Assembly (NCBI GenBank): GCA_900552315.1
Contig: URZM01000001.1
Coordinates: forward strand, 1,104-65,103
Direction: 5' to 3'
DNA: 64,000 bases
DNA from: an uncultured Bacteroidales bacterium
Lineage (GTDB): Bacteria; Bacteroidota; Bacteroidia; Bacteroidales; Muribaculaceae
Made by a program: the position numbers and the translations under genes. Below, one piece after another: positions 28,009-38,330 of this stretch; the first letter of the stretch is position 1; each line of letters starts with the position of its first letter. Under the pieces are notes generated by a model. The model saw only the letters and a program-made list of their open reading frames with translations. It searched no databases and was not told where the DNA came from.

Positions 28009-29988
28009 TCAGCGTATTATCTCCTTGGACACCTTTGAGCCTTTGCGCACAATGTACATCTGTCCGGATGCCGGCTTGGCCACGGGCATGCCGTTGAAAT
28101 CGAAATAGTAGATGTCACCGCTCTCGTTGTCCACGCCGTCGATGCCTACCGTGGTGCGGGTAAGTGTCACGAACATGTGGTCGAAATCCACAGTCACGTC
28201 ATAGGTGCCGGGGGCCACCACCCATGATGCGGCGGCGCTTGCGTCCACGCCTGCCGCATATCTCTTGACAGGAGCCGGGGCGCCTATCACCACCATGGCA
28301 TTGGGGGAGGGGGAACCGTAGCGGTCGTGAGAGTTCACGTCAGCATCCCAGTCGGAGCCTGTGGCGGTGATGAAGCTGAAGAAACTCATCTGTGAGCCTT
28401 CGCCTTTCACGAGCTCAACGCCGGTGGCGGAGAACTCGTTGCCATTCTTGGTCATGGCCTGCGGGGCGGAAATGTTCCAGCTGCCTGAGGCCAGGTCGCC
28501 TACGAGGTAGAGGTTGTCGGGAACAACGGGCCGGGGGTCAGGCTCAGAGGCTCCTGTCACTGTAATCTTCGAGGGAACGGACTTGTCGGCACCGGCATAC
28601 TTGAAGGTGATCACGGCATCCTTTATTTCCTCGGAGATGTAGAAATTGACGGAAGATCCCTCCCAGGCGTTCATCTCCACGCCGGGTGTCACGGTGGCCA
28701 CTTGCTCGGTCACGTCAGGATCGATCACTCCTTCGCCTCCCCAGCTGCGGGTCCATTCCTCACCTATCACGGCTATCTTGAACTCGGTATCGGCTTCCAG
28801 GTCACCCACCTTGGCGGTGTATGTATCGCCCTCGCGTGTCAGGAAAATACCTGCGGCCAGAGTCCAGTCGTTCATAGTGCCCACTACCACGAGACCGTCA
28901 GGATATTCGGGGTCGGGGTCGGGACCGCCGCCGTTGACCGTCATCTTCGCCTCCTTTGTCTCGGGGTTGAAGCTGAATATGTATGCGCCTTCGAGGGCGT
29001 TAAAGGAGTTGTCGGAGCCGGCCATTGAGTATACCTTGTCGGCCTCTGTTATGTCTGCTCCGCCTCCGATCCAGGCAATCTGGTCGGCGGTGCCCTGGAT
29101 GTTGTCTGTGCTCTTGAGCACCTTTATCCCGAACTCACCGGCCTGAAATGTCGCGGCCACGGAATACCAGCCGTCGTTGTCGTCGTCGGTCAGGAGGGTA
29201 GAGGTCCATGAGCCGCCGATTATGTCGCCGTGCATGGCGTAATACTTGGTGTCAGGGACGGGATCCGGGTCCGGATCGGGGATGACAGAGCCGTTGTACT
29301 CGCCCAGGTCGCCGGAGGTGTTGTAGATGTGTCCGTTCTTCACGACCATGTCACCGGTCTTGGTGCGATCGCCGTCCCCGGCGTTGAAAAGGCAATCGGT
29401 GGTGCCCTTGGGGCAGTCGTATTTCCACACCTTGTCCTTGTAGAGGGTCATAGGCACGCCGGGCCATTCGGGCGACTTGTTGCCCCAGTAGTGGATGTGG
29501 GGCGTCTCCCAGTTTGCGGTGGAGTTGTCAAAGTAAACCGTGACGAGGTCATCCGTAGGCTGGTCGGGAGTCGCGACACCTGTGGCCGTGATAATGGCCT
29601 GGATGTCGTCGGCTGTGTAATAGCCTCCGTTCACGAAATCGAGGTTGCCGCCGCCGAGCTTGTCGCCACCGTTATTGCTGCAGATAAAAGTCGTGACTGT
29701 AATGGTGGAGGTGGAGGGTTCGGTCCAGCGGTAGACGGCGTTAGCTCCATTGGTCCCTACCTGTGTCAGGTCGGCGTTTGAACCGGGCCAGGCGGCGTAT
29801 AGGTTGCCGCCGCCATCTTCCCACGCCCAGATGTAAGGGTCCCAGGTAGATGGCACTTCCAGATAACAGAAATTCTTGCCGTCGACGTATGTCGCGCAGT
29901 CCGGCACATCGAAGGCTTTGGCGCCCAGGAAGGGGAACAGCAGCATACACAAAGCAAGTAGCATCTTGTCGAGGTGTTTCATGTGCAC
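28009..29988 (-). CDS. T9SS-secreted multi-module starch-binding protein (CBM26-like plus SusE/F-like modules)
   Basis: Signal peptide; YIWAW...WPG and VYFDN...W...HYWG...WPGVPM modules; three G-D/T-x-x-x-W modules; PDPDP linkers; CTD GIDGV...YFDFNG...YIVRKG...K. Confidence 0.7.
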   Translation of the reverse strand: MHMKHLDKMLLALCMLLFPFLGAKAFDVPDCATYVDGKNFCYLEVPSTWDPYIWAWEDGGGNLYAAWPGSNADLTQVGTNGANAVYRWTEPSTSTITVTTFICSNNGGDKLGGGNLDFVNGGYYTADDIQAIITATGVATPDQPTDDLVTVYFDNSTANWETPHIHYWGNKSPEWPGVPMTLYKDKVWKYDCPKGTTDCLFNAGDGDRTKTGDMVVKNGHIYNTSGDLGEYNGSVIPDPDPDPVPDTKYYAMHGDIIGGSWTSTLLTDDDNDGWYSVAATFQAGEFGIKVLKSTDNIQGTADQIAWIGGGADITEADKVYSMAGSDNSFNALEGAYIFSFNPETKEAKMTVNGGGPDPDPEYPDGLVVVGTMNDWTLAAGIFLTREGDTYTAKVGDLEADTEFKIAVIGEEWTRSWGGEGVIDPDVTEQVATVTPGVEMNAWEGSSVNFYISEEIKDAVITFKYAGADKSVPSKITVTGASEPDPRPVVPDNLYLVGDLASGSWNISAPQAMTKNGNEFSATGVELVKGEGSQMSFFSFITATGSDWDADVNSHDRYGSPSPNAMVVIGAPAPVKRYAAGVDASAAASWVVAPGTYDVTVDFDHMFVTLTRTTVGIDGVDNESGDIYYFDFNGMPVAKPASGQMYIVRKGSKVSKEIIR

Positions 29989-30203
29989 GTAAAAAATTTT
30001 AAGTTAACTTATTTATAATAAATGTATTATGTTTGTTGTTGATGAGCTTTGCATGAAGCGGATACATCCTTGCAAAATTAACAATAATTTTGCAAATGAG
30101 CACATGTGTTATAACATGTTTTCCACGGAGCGGACCTCGCTGATAAAAAGCAAGTGCGATTCCGACAAGGAATCGCCCTTGTATATGCTGGATGTATGAG
30201 GAA

Positions 30204-30917
30204 TCAACGTATCACCTTGCTGACCTTGTCGCCCTTGATGTATATCTGGCCGGCTTCGGGATTGTCCACCCGGATGCCCTGCATGTTGTAGTACACTGCG
30301 GGAGCGTCGGCAGCCTCGATTGAGTCTACGGCAACGCTGCCTGTCCTGTTGAAGAAGAGCGTGAAGTGGAGAGTCTGTCCGTCGGCGGTGGCTGTCACGT
30401 TATATTTGGCGTTGAGAGTGAGCTGGTCCACAAGCCCCTGGGTCTCGCTGCTCACCTCGTAGCCGATGTGCTCGCCTACTACGCTCGCTGTCTCGCCGCC
30501 TTTGTTTATCGTGAAGCTGAACGGGTTGTTGTTCGTGCATGAGCCGCCTACGCATGTCATGAAGCCGGCATGCACGTCGCCGAGCTGGGCGGTGTTGTCT
30601 TCCTGCTCGCCCTCTTTGGCATAGCTTATGCTCATGTCTATGTTGCCGGCCGAGAGGTTCACGATTCTTGTGTACGCCATGAGCTCGGCCTGCACGTAGT
30701 AATTTGCCGGGTCATCTTCGAAGGTCTTGTAGAGGTTCTTGATCTCCACTACATCCCCGTCGGAGACTTTCTGGTAATCAACCGGCTTGAACAGCTTCAT
30801 GCCGTCTTCGTTTGTGCCCTCTTCGAGAGTGTTGCTGATATAAAAGTCGAAAGACTGTGCCGATGCGGCCGCCACGCCGGCGCCGAGCAGCAATGCTGAA
30901 AGTAAAAATTTCTTCAT
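30204..30917 (-). CDS. Secreted hypothetical protein with T9SS sorting domain
   Basis: MKKFLL signal peptide; C-terminus VDSIEA...YYNMQGIRVDNP...IYIK...KVIR. Confidence 0.75.
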   Translation of the reverse strand: MKKFLLSALLLGAGVAAASAQSFDFYISNTLEEGTNEDGMKLFKPVDYQKVSDGDVVEIKNLYKTFEDDPANYYVQAELMAYTRIVNLSAGNIDMSISYAKEGEQEDNTAQLGDVHAGFMTCVGGSCTNNNPFSFTINKGGETASVVGEHIGYEVSSETQGLVDQLTLNAKYNVTATADGQTLHFTLFFNRTGSVAVDSIEAADAPAVYYNMQGIRVDNPEAGQIYIKGDKVSKVIR

Positions 30918-31089
30918 ATCGTGTTTTTTAAGATTTTGTTCGTGTCTATGTTTCAGGGTATTAGCCGTAGGCAGCCCTTTGTCGGTGCAAAATTAGTGAA
31001 AATAATCCACCTTGCAAATTTTGATATGTTAAATTTCCTGATATTTTTACGGTAATCGTTTTGACTCTTGCCGTGGTGGGAGCGGGCCG

Positions 31090-31932
31090 TCAGAAATCAG
31101 AGAAATAGCGGGGTTTTATAAGTATGCCTATTCGCACGCGGTTCACGAAGCGGTTGTAGTCCAGCAGGGTCTCGGCATAGCCGTTGTACCACTGGAGAAA
31201 CAGGAACTGGTTGGCGGCCTTCCAGGGCCTCCAGAACAGGTCGAGCTGGGTGTTGTAGCTGAAGTCCCATTTGGCCCTCTTGACGAAATGCAGGCTTCCT
31301 CCCCAGCGCTTGTTGTGGCTCATGACGGACACGCCGCCCTGGAACAGGCCAACGTACTTGAGTATGTCGCGGTTGTTCTGGCCGTCCACTATGGGTATCC
31401 AAGCCTTGCCGTCGATGGTTATGTTCTCGTTGATGAGGATTGTGGCCCCCAGCGAGATGCGGTTCCAGGAGCGGCTCCAGATGGAGTCGCGGCCGTTGCT
31501 CATGTGCTCGATCATGAGGGTGGCCTTGCCTATGAAGCGCTCGCGGTTGAAGAGGGGCTTGACTATGCCTATGCCGGGGTTGAAGGTGAAGTCGTGCATG
31601 GGCATGGAGTTCTTGAACACGTCCCAGGCCACTCCCTGGGTGTATGTGAGGAACAGGTATGTGTGCCAGGGGAGCACTGACTTGGTGAGGCGCTGGGCTA
31701 TGGACACCTGGAAGCGCACGTCGGAGTTGTTCGCGTTAGGTTTGTGGGTGGGGTCGGTGCCGACTGCGAAATAGTTGTCGCGGTACAGGGTGAAGAAAGG
31801 CCCTTTGTCGAACTCCTCGCGCAGGGAATCGGTGAGGTCGACCTGAGGCTCGGTCTTTATGATCTGCGCCCGGGCGGTTGTCAGGCATGCGAGCAGCAGT
31901 GTCGCGATTGCGATAAGGCGTGGATTCAGCAT
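31090..31932 (-). CDS. pldA: Outer-membrane phospholipase A
   Basis: FQVS, HMSNG...SRSWNR catalytic motif and GYAETLLDYN. Confidence 0.88.
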   Translation of the reverse strand: MLNPRLIAIATLLLACLTTARAQIIKTEPQVDLTDSLREEFDKGPFFTLYRDNYFAVGTDPTHKPNANNSDVRFQVSIAQRLTKSVLPWHTYLFLTYTQGVAWDVFKNSMPMHDFTFNPGIGIVKPLFNRERFIGKATLMIEHMSNGRDSIWSRSWNRISLGATILINENITIDGKAWIPIVDGQNNRDILKYVGLFQGGVSVMSHNKRWGGSLHFVKRAKWDFSYNTQLDLFWRPWKAANQFLFLQWYNGYAETLLDYNRFVNRVRIGILIKPRYFSDF

Positions 31933-32045
31933 CTTTTGACGTTTTGAGAGTGCAAAGTTAGCAAAAAATCCGCTATGGAGACTGCGGGTCGCTGAGTACG
32001 GGGCGCGAGGCGGTGATTATGGACATAAAAAAGGAAGAAACAACC

Positions 32046-32079
32046 AAAAAGCGCCGGTGGCCGCAGCCATCGACGCTTT
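32046..32079 (-). terminator. Intrinsic terminator downstream of the CoA-transferase gene
   Basis: Minus strand reads aaagcgtcgatggc-tgcg-gccaccggcgc-ttttt. Confidence 0.65.
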
Positions 32080-32222
32080 AAGGTTCATGACGCAAAGAGT
32101 TGCTTTATTACAATCTTTACAACCTGAAGGATGACGCGCTGGGCGTCTCCTTTGTATCTTAAACAATCCGGGCAGGCGAAGGTTTAATCCGCGCCGGGTT
32201 TTTAACGCATTTTAACGCGGGG

Positions 32223-33716
32223 TCAGACAAACTTGCCGTAGTCGGCCTGGAGCATGTCGCCTGTCTCCTCGAATGCCTCGTGCAGGGCGAAGGCGGCCTT
32301 GAGGGTGTGTGGGGTGTGTCCGCCTTTCGAGAGCTTGAGGTAGTCCCACATGAGTTCCTTGTACATGGGGTGTACGCAGTTCTCGATGATGGTCTCGGCA
32401 CGCTGTATGGGGTTCTTGCCGCGCAGGTCGGCCACGCCCTGTTCCGTCACGAGAATCTTGACCGAGTGCTCGGAGTGGTCGATGTGGCTTGCCATGGGCA
32501 CGATGGCTGAGATCTTGCCTCCCTTCTGAATGGAGGGGCAGGAGAAGATGGAGAGGTATGCGTTGCGTGAGAAATCTGCCGAGCCGCCGATGCCGTTCAT
32601 CATCTTGGTGCCGCACACGTGAGTCGAGTTCACGTTGCCGAAGATGTCGGCCTCCAGGGCTGTGTTCATGGCTATGAGGCCGAGACGGCGCACCACCTCG
32701 GGGTGGTTGGAAATCTCGCCGGGACGCATTATGATCTTGTCGCGGAAGAAATCGATGTTGTCCATGAAGTGCATCATTGCGTCGTCGGAGAATGTGAGGG
32801 CGCATGTGCTGGCGAACTTGCATTTGCCGTCCTCCATGAGGTGCATCACGGCGTCCTGGATGACCTCGGTGTACATCTCGAAGCGGGGTATTTCGGGGTT
32901 CTCGCCCAGGCCGTAGAGCACGGCGTTGGCCACGTTGCCCACGCCGCTCTGGATGGGAAGGAACTCCTTGGGCATCTTGCCTTCGCGCAGCTGGGAGGCC
33001 AGGAAATGGCATACGTTGTCACCGATTTTCTGGGTCACCTCGTCGGCGGCGGTGAAAGCGTGGATGCTCTCGGAGGCGTTGGAGGGAACCACGCCGATAA
33101 TCTTGGCGGGGTCTATCTTGAGCACGGTGGAGCCTATGCGGTCAGAGGGGCGGTAGATGGGTATCTCCCTGCGGTGAGGGGGATCCAGGGGTATGTAGTT
33201 GTCGTGGAATCCACGGAAAGATGTCTTGTAGTATGAGCTGTACTCTATGATGACCTTCTTGGCCATGCGGGCTATCGTGGGGCTCATGCCCAAGCCGGCG
33301 CCGAGTATCACCTCGCCGTTGGGGCTCATCTCGGTAGCCTCGATTATGGCCACGTCTATGTCGCCGTAGAAGCCGTAGCGCAGATCCTGCGAGAGGTGTG
33401 AGAGGTGCGCGTCTACATACTGTATCTCGCCACGGTTTATGGCGCCGCGCGCGTCCTTGTGGCCCTGGTAGGGGATACGCAGGTTCACGGCGTTGGCGCG
33501 TGAGAGCTCGCCGTCTACGTGGTCGTTTGTGCTGGCGCCGGTGTATAGGTTGATTTTGAACGGTTCGCCTTTTTCATGGAGCTCTTTGGCGCGTTTGGCC
33601 AAAGCTACGGTTACAACTTTGGGTGTACCGGAGGCCGTCAAGCCTGAGAAACCCACATTGTCGCCATTTTTGATATAACTTGCAGCTTCTTCGGCTGAGA
33701 TAAATGGGATGCTCAT
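32223..33716 (-). CDS. Acetyl-CoA hydrolase/succinate CoA-transferase family protein
   Basis: GFSGLT, TGAST, QSGVGNVANAV, MNGIGGSADF and VTEQGVADLRG motifs. Confidence 0.92.
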   Translation of the reverse strand: MSIPFISAEEAASYIKNGDNVGFSGLTASGTPKVVTVALAKRAKELHEKGEPFKINLYTGASTNDHVDGELSRANAVNLRIPYQGHKDARGAINRGEIQYVDAHLSHLSQDLRYGFYGDIDVAIIEATEMSPNGEVILGAGLGMSPTIARMAKKVIIEYSSYYKTSFRGFHDNYIPLDPPHRREIPIYRPSDRIGSTVLKIDPAKIIGVVPSNASESIHAFTAADEVTQKIGDNVCHFLASQLREGKMPKEFLPIQSGVGNVANAVLYGLGENPEIPRFEMYTEVIQDAVMHLMEDGKCKFASTCALTFSDDAMMHFMDNIDFFRDKIIMRPGEISNHPEVVRRLGLIAMNTALEADIFGNVNSTHVCGTKMMNGIGGSADFSRNAYLSIFSCPSIQKGGKISAIVPMASHIDHSEHSVKILVTEQGVADLRGKNPIQRAETIIENCVHPMYKELMWDYLKLSKGGHTPHTLKAAFALHEAFEETGDMLQADYGKFV

Positions 33717-33783
33717 TTGTAACGTTTTAGATTTTATGGTAATTTTGCACAAAATTAGGAATTAAATTTGATATACACCAAAT

Positions 33784-35136
33784 ATGAGCGAAAAAAATTG
33801 CACACAATTTAAGAAAGTGCGCATCGAGACCTATGGCTGCCAGATGAATGTCGCTGACAGTGAGGTGATTGCGACTGTCCTGCGGATGGCGGGCTATGAG
33901 CCTGTGGAGGAGGATTCGCAGGCTGACGCCGTGGTGCTGAACACCTGCTCCATCCGTGACAACGCCGAGCAGAAGATCTTCTCGCGCCTGGCATACTGGA
34001 ACTCCTTGCGGCGAAGGCTGGGGCGCGATATTATAATAGGTGTGTGCGGATGCATGGCGGAGAGGGTTAAGGAGACCCTGATAGAGGAGCATGGCGTGGA
34101 TTTCGTGGCCGGCCCGGACTCTTACCTGGACCTGCCCAACCTCGTGGCGGCCGCCGAGACAGGCCACAAGGCCATGAACGTGGACCTGAGCCTGACGGAG
34201 ACCTATCGCGACGTGATACCGTCTCGCCTCGGCCATTCGCGCATCAGCGGGTATATCAGCATAATGCGCGGGTGCAACAATTTCTGCTCCTATTGCATAG
34301 TGCCTTACACACGCGGGCGTGAACGCTCGCGCGAACCGCAAAGTATCCTGGCCGAGCTGGAGGATCTGCGCTCCCGTGGCTTCAAGGAGGCCATACTGCT
34401 GGGGCAGAATGTCAACTCTTATAAGTATGTGGACCCGGACACGGGTGAGACCACCGACTTCACGGCCCTGTTGGGAATGGTGGCTGACGCGGCTCCGGAG
34501 ATGCGCATACGCTTCACCACCTCCCATCCCAAGGACATGACGGACTCCACCCTGGAGATGATGGCCTCGCGCCCGAACATAGCGCGTCACATACATCTGC
34601 CGGTGCAGAGCGGCAGCGACAGGGTGCTCAAGCTCATGAACCGCAAGTACACGAGCGGATGGTATATGGACCGCGTGGCCGCCATACGCCGCATCATGCC
34701 CGACTGCGGGCTCTCATCCGATCTGTTCACCGGTTTCCACTCCGAGACTGAGGAGGATTTCCAGCAGACACTCGAGCTGATGAGGCGTGCCGGGTTTGAC
34801 TCCTCTTTCATGTTCAAGTACTCTGAACGTCCGGGCACATACGCCTCGCGGCATCTGCCCGACGACATCCCGGAGGATGTGAAGGTGGAACGCCTGAACC
34901 GCATGATAGCGCTCCAGAACGAATTGTCGCTTCGCAGCAATGAGCAGGATGTGGGGCGCGAGTTCGAGGTGCTGATAGAGGGGCGCAGCAAGCGCAGCGC
35001 CACTGACCTGTATGGCCGCACCTCGCAGAACAAGGTGTGCGTGTTCCCCGCCGCCGGACACCGCCCGGGCGAGTTCGTCAAGGTGCGTGTGAAAGGAGCC
35101 ACCTCGGCCACGCTGCTGAGCGAGGTGGTGGAATGA
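33784..35136 (+). CDS. miaB: tRNA-2-methylthio-N6-isopentenyladenosine synthase
   Basis: TYGCQMN, NTCSIR, CNNFCSYC radical-SAM motif, HLPVQSGS and TRAM domain. Confidence 0.96.
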   Translation: MSEKNCTQFKKVRIETYGCQMNVADSEVIATVLRMAGYEPVEEDSQADAVVLNTCSIRDNAEQKIFSRLAYWNSLRRRLGRDIIIGVCGCMAERVKETLIEEHGVDFVAGPDSYLDLPNLVAAAETGHKAMNVDLSLTETYRDVIPSRLGHSRISGYISIMRGCNNFCSYCIVPYTRGRERSREPQSILAELEDLRSRGFKEAILLGQNVNSYKYVDPDTGETTDFTALLGMVADAAPEMRIRFTTSHPKDMTDSTLEMMASRPNIARHIHLPVQSGSDRVLKLMNRKYTSGWYMDRVAAIRRIMPDCGLSSDLFTGFHSETEEDFQQTLELMRRAGFDSSFMFKYSERPGTYASRHLPDDIPEDVKVERLNRMIALQNELSLRSNEQDVGREFEVLIEGRSKRSATDLYGRTSQNKVCVFPAAGHRPGEFVKVRVKGATSATLLSEVVE

Positions 35137-35248
35137 CCGAAGCGTAGCGTTAACGTTTCTTGACACGCCTGTGCCGGTTTCAGACACACCCGATGGGTTA
35201 ACTTTGCGTCGTGAATGACAGCGAAGTTAACCCTAAATAATTATAGTC

Positions 35249-35341
35249 ATGAAAAGAAGAATCCCGCTCGGCCTCGTGATGGTCTATCTGATAGGCGCCT
35301 TTGTCATAGCCTTGAATCTGAAAAACTATTTCTTGCAGTGA
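35249..35341 (+). CDS. 30-aa single-TM small protein MKRRIPLGLVMVYLIGAFVIALNLKNYFLQ
   Basis: Own TAACTTTG promoter at 35199-35206, A-rich leader, basic N-terminus plus hydrophobic core; below the ORF-track size cutoff. Confidence 0.55.
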   Translation: MKRRIPLGLVMVYLIGAFVIALNLKNYFLQ

Positions 35342-36203
35342 CGGAGGCTCCCCACAGCAGCTTGTCGCGCAATGCGGACGCGAACCCGTAGCGTGCCCGG
35401 CTCACGAGATTAAGTGTGAAAGGCGCCTTGGCCACCTCCACCCGTGTGCCGGACGGCAGGCTCACAGGCATGCCGTCTATGCTGAGGAGGAAAGAGCCTG
35501 TCCGGGAGTCGGTCAGGGTGGATATGCGGCATGTGTCGCTCACCACCAGCGGCCGCATGGTGAGCGTGTGCGGGGCCACGGGCGTGAGAGTGAGAGCCGG
35601 CACCGTGGGCTGCATTATCGGTCCGCCGGCCGACAGGCTGTAGGCTGTGGAGCCGGAGGGGGTGGCTATCACCAAGCCGTCGGCCTCATAGTCCGTCAGG
35701 TAAGCTCCGTCTACCGAGGTGCGCACCGTGATCATGGACCCGGAGTTTTCCTTGAGCAGGGACACGTCGTTGAGGGCGTACGGCCACACTCCCGCAGGCA
35801 GTGCGTCGCACTCTATGCGCAGCATGGCTCGCGGCTCTATACGTGTGGAGCGGTGCAGCACGGCCTCCACCAGGGAACGCGCGTCGCGCATGTGCCATGC
35901 CGTGAGGAAGCCGAGGTGCCCTGTGTTGATTCCGGCCACGGGTATGCCGCTCCTGGCCGCCCAGTGTGCCGCTTTAAGCAGTGTGCCGTCGCCCCCGGCG
36001 CTGACTATGACCTCGGACTGGGGCGAGGGGGAGTCGGTGGCGGCGCAGTTCGCGACCTCGGCGGCGCCGCAGGCGGTGAGCCACGCGTGAAACTCGGCCT
36101 CGATTTGCACCGCCAGCCCGGAAGCGCGCATGAGGGCTATCAGGGAGTTCAGCGACGCCACGGCCGGTTCCTGATATGTGTTGCCGAAGAGTGAGACGAG
36201 CAT
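35304..36203 (-). CDS. nadK: NAD kinase
   Basis: GGDGTLL, GINTGHLGFL, ALND and DGLVIATPSGSTAYSLSAGGP motifs. Confidence 0.95.
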   Translation of the reverse strand: MLVSLFGNTYQEPAVASLNSLIALMRASGLAVQIEAEFHAWLTACGAAEVANCAATDSPSPQSEVIVSAGGDGTLLKAAHWAARSGIPVAGINTGHLGFLTAWHMRDARSLVEAVLHRSTRIEPRAMLRIECDALPAGVWPYALNDVSLLKENSGSMITVRTSVDGAYLTDYEADGLVIATPSGSTAYSLSAGGPIMQPTVPALTLTPVAPHTLTMRPLVVSDTCRISTLTDSRTGSFLLSIDGMPVSLPSGTRVEVAKAPFTLNLVSRARYGFASALRDKLLWGASVTARNSFSDSRL

Positions 36204-36206
36204 GGG

Positions 36207-36710
36207 TCAGATATTTAGGTAATGTTGCAGTTCGGTGAGACGTTGTTCCGAGAGCTCGGACTCGTAGTTCTCGGCGCCGTGGGTATATGTGACGGGATAG
36301 CCGTAACGCTCCAGGGAGCGCGCGGCATGCGAGGGATCGGCACGGTTTATGCGCAGATATACGTTAAGTCCACCCTCGCCGTCGGGATATGTGAGCAGCG
36401 AGATAAGCGAGGCGTCGGTGTCTTCCACGGCGCGTGCTATGGCTGAGGCGGAATATGTACGGTTGTCAGCGTGCGCTATGATTTCAGAGAACTCGTCGGA
36501 ATGAGGCATCATGCGCGCCAAGGCCTGCAGGACCTGCCAAGCAGTCAGTGGCGCGATGCGGTCTGCGGAGTGGACCTCCACCGCCGGACATGAGGCTCCG
36601 GCCATGGCGTCCATCACGGCGGCCAGCGGCGCGCTTCCGTCCACCACGGGGGTGGCGGCGCAGGCGCTTGGTGGCGAAGCGGGGTAGGTCAGCGATTCTT
36701 GTGCGTTCAT
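36207..36710 (-). CDS. Degenerate CBS-domain-associated protein
   Basis: YSASAIARAVE...SLERYGY...L-x-HYLNI C-terminal region typical of the Bacteroidales protein next to nadK. Confidence 0.6.
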   Translation of the reverse strand: MNAQESLTYPASPPSACAATPVVDGSAPLAAVMDAMAGASCPAVEVHSADRIAPLTAWQVLQALARMMPHSDEFSEIIAHADNRTYSASAIARAVEDTDASLISLLTYPDGEGGLNVYLRINRADPSHAARSLERYGYPVTYTHGAENYESELSEQRLTELQHYLNI

Positions 36711-36909
36711 CTATAAATTTTCGGCGGGGTGCGTCCTAATTCAATTTTTTTGACTATTTTTGCACTGCCATACGGGCGGCTCCGCAGGAGTGGGTCGCAT
36801 CCCGAGGCTCAAAGTTACGAAAATTATGTCAATCCGGCACAATCCCGCATCATAAAAAGATTGAAGATGAGGGAGAGTGTGGTGGAGAGAATTTGTCAAC
36901 TGACTTGAA

Positions 36910-37626
36910 ATGACAAGGTTAAGCGTAAATATCAACAAGATAGCCACTCTCCGCAACGCGCGTGGCGAGAACAACCCCGACGTGCAGCGCTTCGCCGAGG
37001 ACTGTGAGCGCATGGGGGCGCAGGGAATAACGGTGCATCCTCGTCCGGACGAGCGCCACATCCGCCGTGACGACGTGTACAAGCTGCGTCCGCTGGTCAA
37101 GACCGAGTTCAATATAGAGGGCTATCCGAGTCCCGAGTTCATGGATCTCGTGGTCAGCGTCCGTCCCGAGCAGGTGACGCTGGTGCCTGACAAGCCTGAC
37201 GTGCTGACCTCTTCGGCCGGCTGGGATGTGGAGCCTAATTTCGAGTTTCTCAGCGGTATAGTGGACACCCTGCGCCAGGCCGGGATACGCTCCTCCATCT
37301 TCGTGAGCCCGTGTGAGGCTGTGATCCGTGCCGCCGCGCGTGCCGGGGCTGACCGCGTGGAGCTATATACCAAAGACTATGCCGACAATTATGCCAAGGA
37401 CCGCGAGAAGGCGGTCGCCCCGTATGTACGGGCGTCGCAGACGGCGCACAGCGTCGGCCTGGGTGTGAACGGCGGCCATGACCTGAATCTGGAGAACCTG
37501 CGTTATTTCCACGAGAGCCTCCCGTATCTCGATGAGGTGTCCATAGGCCATGCCATAGTGTGCGATGCCCTCTACATGGGCATCGAGGCTACCATAGCCG
37601 CATACCTGGACTGCCTCAGAGGCTGA
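36910..37626 (+). CDS. pdxJ: Pyridoxine 5'-phosphate synthase
   Basis: [25 protein letters not shown] and EVSIGHA motifs. Confidence 0.97.
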   Translation: MTRLSVNINKIATLRNARGENNPDVQRFAEDCERMGAQGITVHPRPDERHIRRDDVYKLRPLVKTEFNIEGYPSPEFMDLVVSVRPEQVTLVPDKPDVLTSSAGWDVEPNFEFLSGIVDTLRQAGIRSSIFVSPCEAVIRAAARAGADRVELYTKDYADNYAKDREKAVAPYVRASQTAHSVGLGVNGGHDLNLENLRYFHESLPYLDEVSIGHAIVCDALYMGIEATIAAYLDCLRG

Positions 37627-37655
37627 GTTTTATTTATTTAAAAACATTTATAGTT

Positions 37656-38303
37656 ATGCTTTTATCTGCCGCCCCCGCCGCACAGCACACCCTTTGGGAC
37701 CTGGTGCTTGACGGTGGCTATATCATGATTCCTCTGGGCCTGCTCCTGCTTCTGTGCATCTATGTGTTTGTCGAGCGCTGCTGGACCATCAACCACGCCA
37801 TGCGCGATGACAAGACATTCATGAAGCGAATCCGCGACTGCGTCATGGAGGGCGACATGGACAATGCCGTACGCCTGTGCAAGAAGAACGACACTCCCGC
37901 GTCGCGTCTGGTGCTCAAGGGCATCACCCGCATAGGGCGCCCCGCCTCGGAGGTGATGATGGCTGTGGAGAATACCGGTAACATAGAGGTGGCGCGGTTG
38001 GGCAAAGGCTTGACATGGCTCTCCACCACCGCCGCCGGGGCTCCCATGCTCGGGTTCCTCGGCACTGTGGTGGGCATGATGGAGGCCTTTTTCGAGATGA
38101 GCGCTGCCGGCACCGCATCTGACATCAATACCCTGAGCGGAGGAATCTCCCTCGCGCTGGTGACCACGGTGGCCGGCTTGATAGTGGGTGTCATAGCTCT
38201 TTTTGCGTACAACTACCTGGTGGCCCGCCTGGGCAAGGTGATGACCGAACTCGAGAGCAAGACCATGGAGTTCATGGACCTGCTCAACGAGCCTGCTTGC
38301 TGA
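37656..38303 (+). CDS. exbB: MotA/TolQ/ExbB proton channel protein
   Basis: APMLGFLGTVVGM and ALVTTVAGL motifs. Confidence 0.9.
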   Translation: MLLSAAPAAQHTLWDLVLDGGYIMIPLGLLLLLCIYVFVERCWTINHAMRDDKTFMKRIRDCVMEGDMDNAVRLCKKNDTPASRLVLKGITRIGRPASEVMMAVENTGNIEVARLGKGLTWLSTTAAGAPMLGFLGTVVGMMEAFFEMSAAGTASDINTLSGGISLALVTTVAGLIVGVIALFAYNYLVARLGKVMTELESKTMEFMDLLNEPAC

Positions 38304-38330
38304 TGTCTAACTTACTGATTCTTGGCTATC

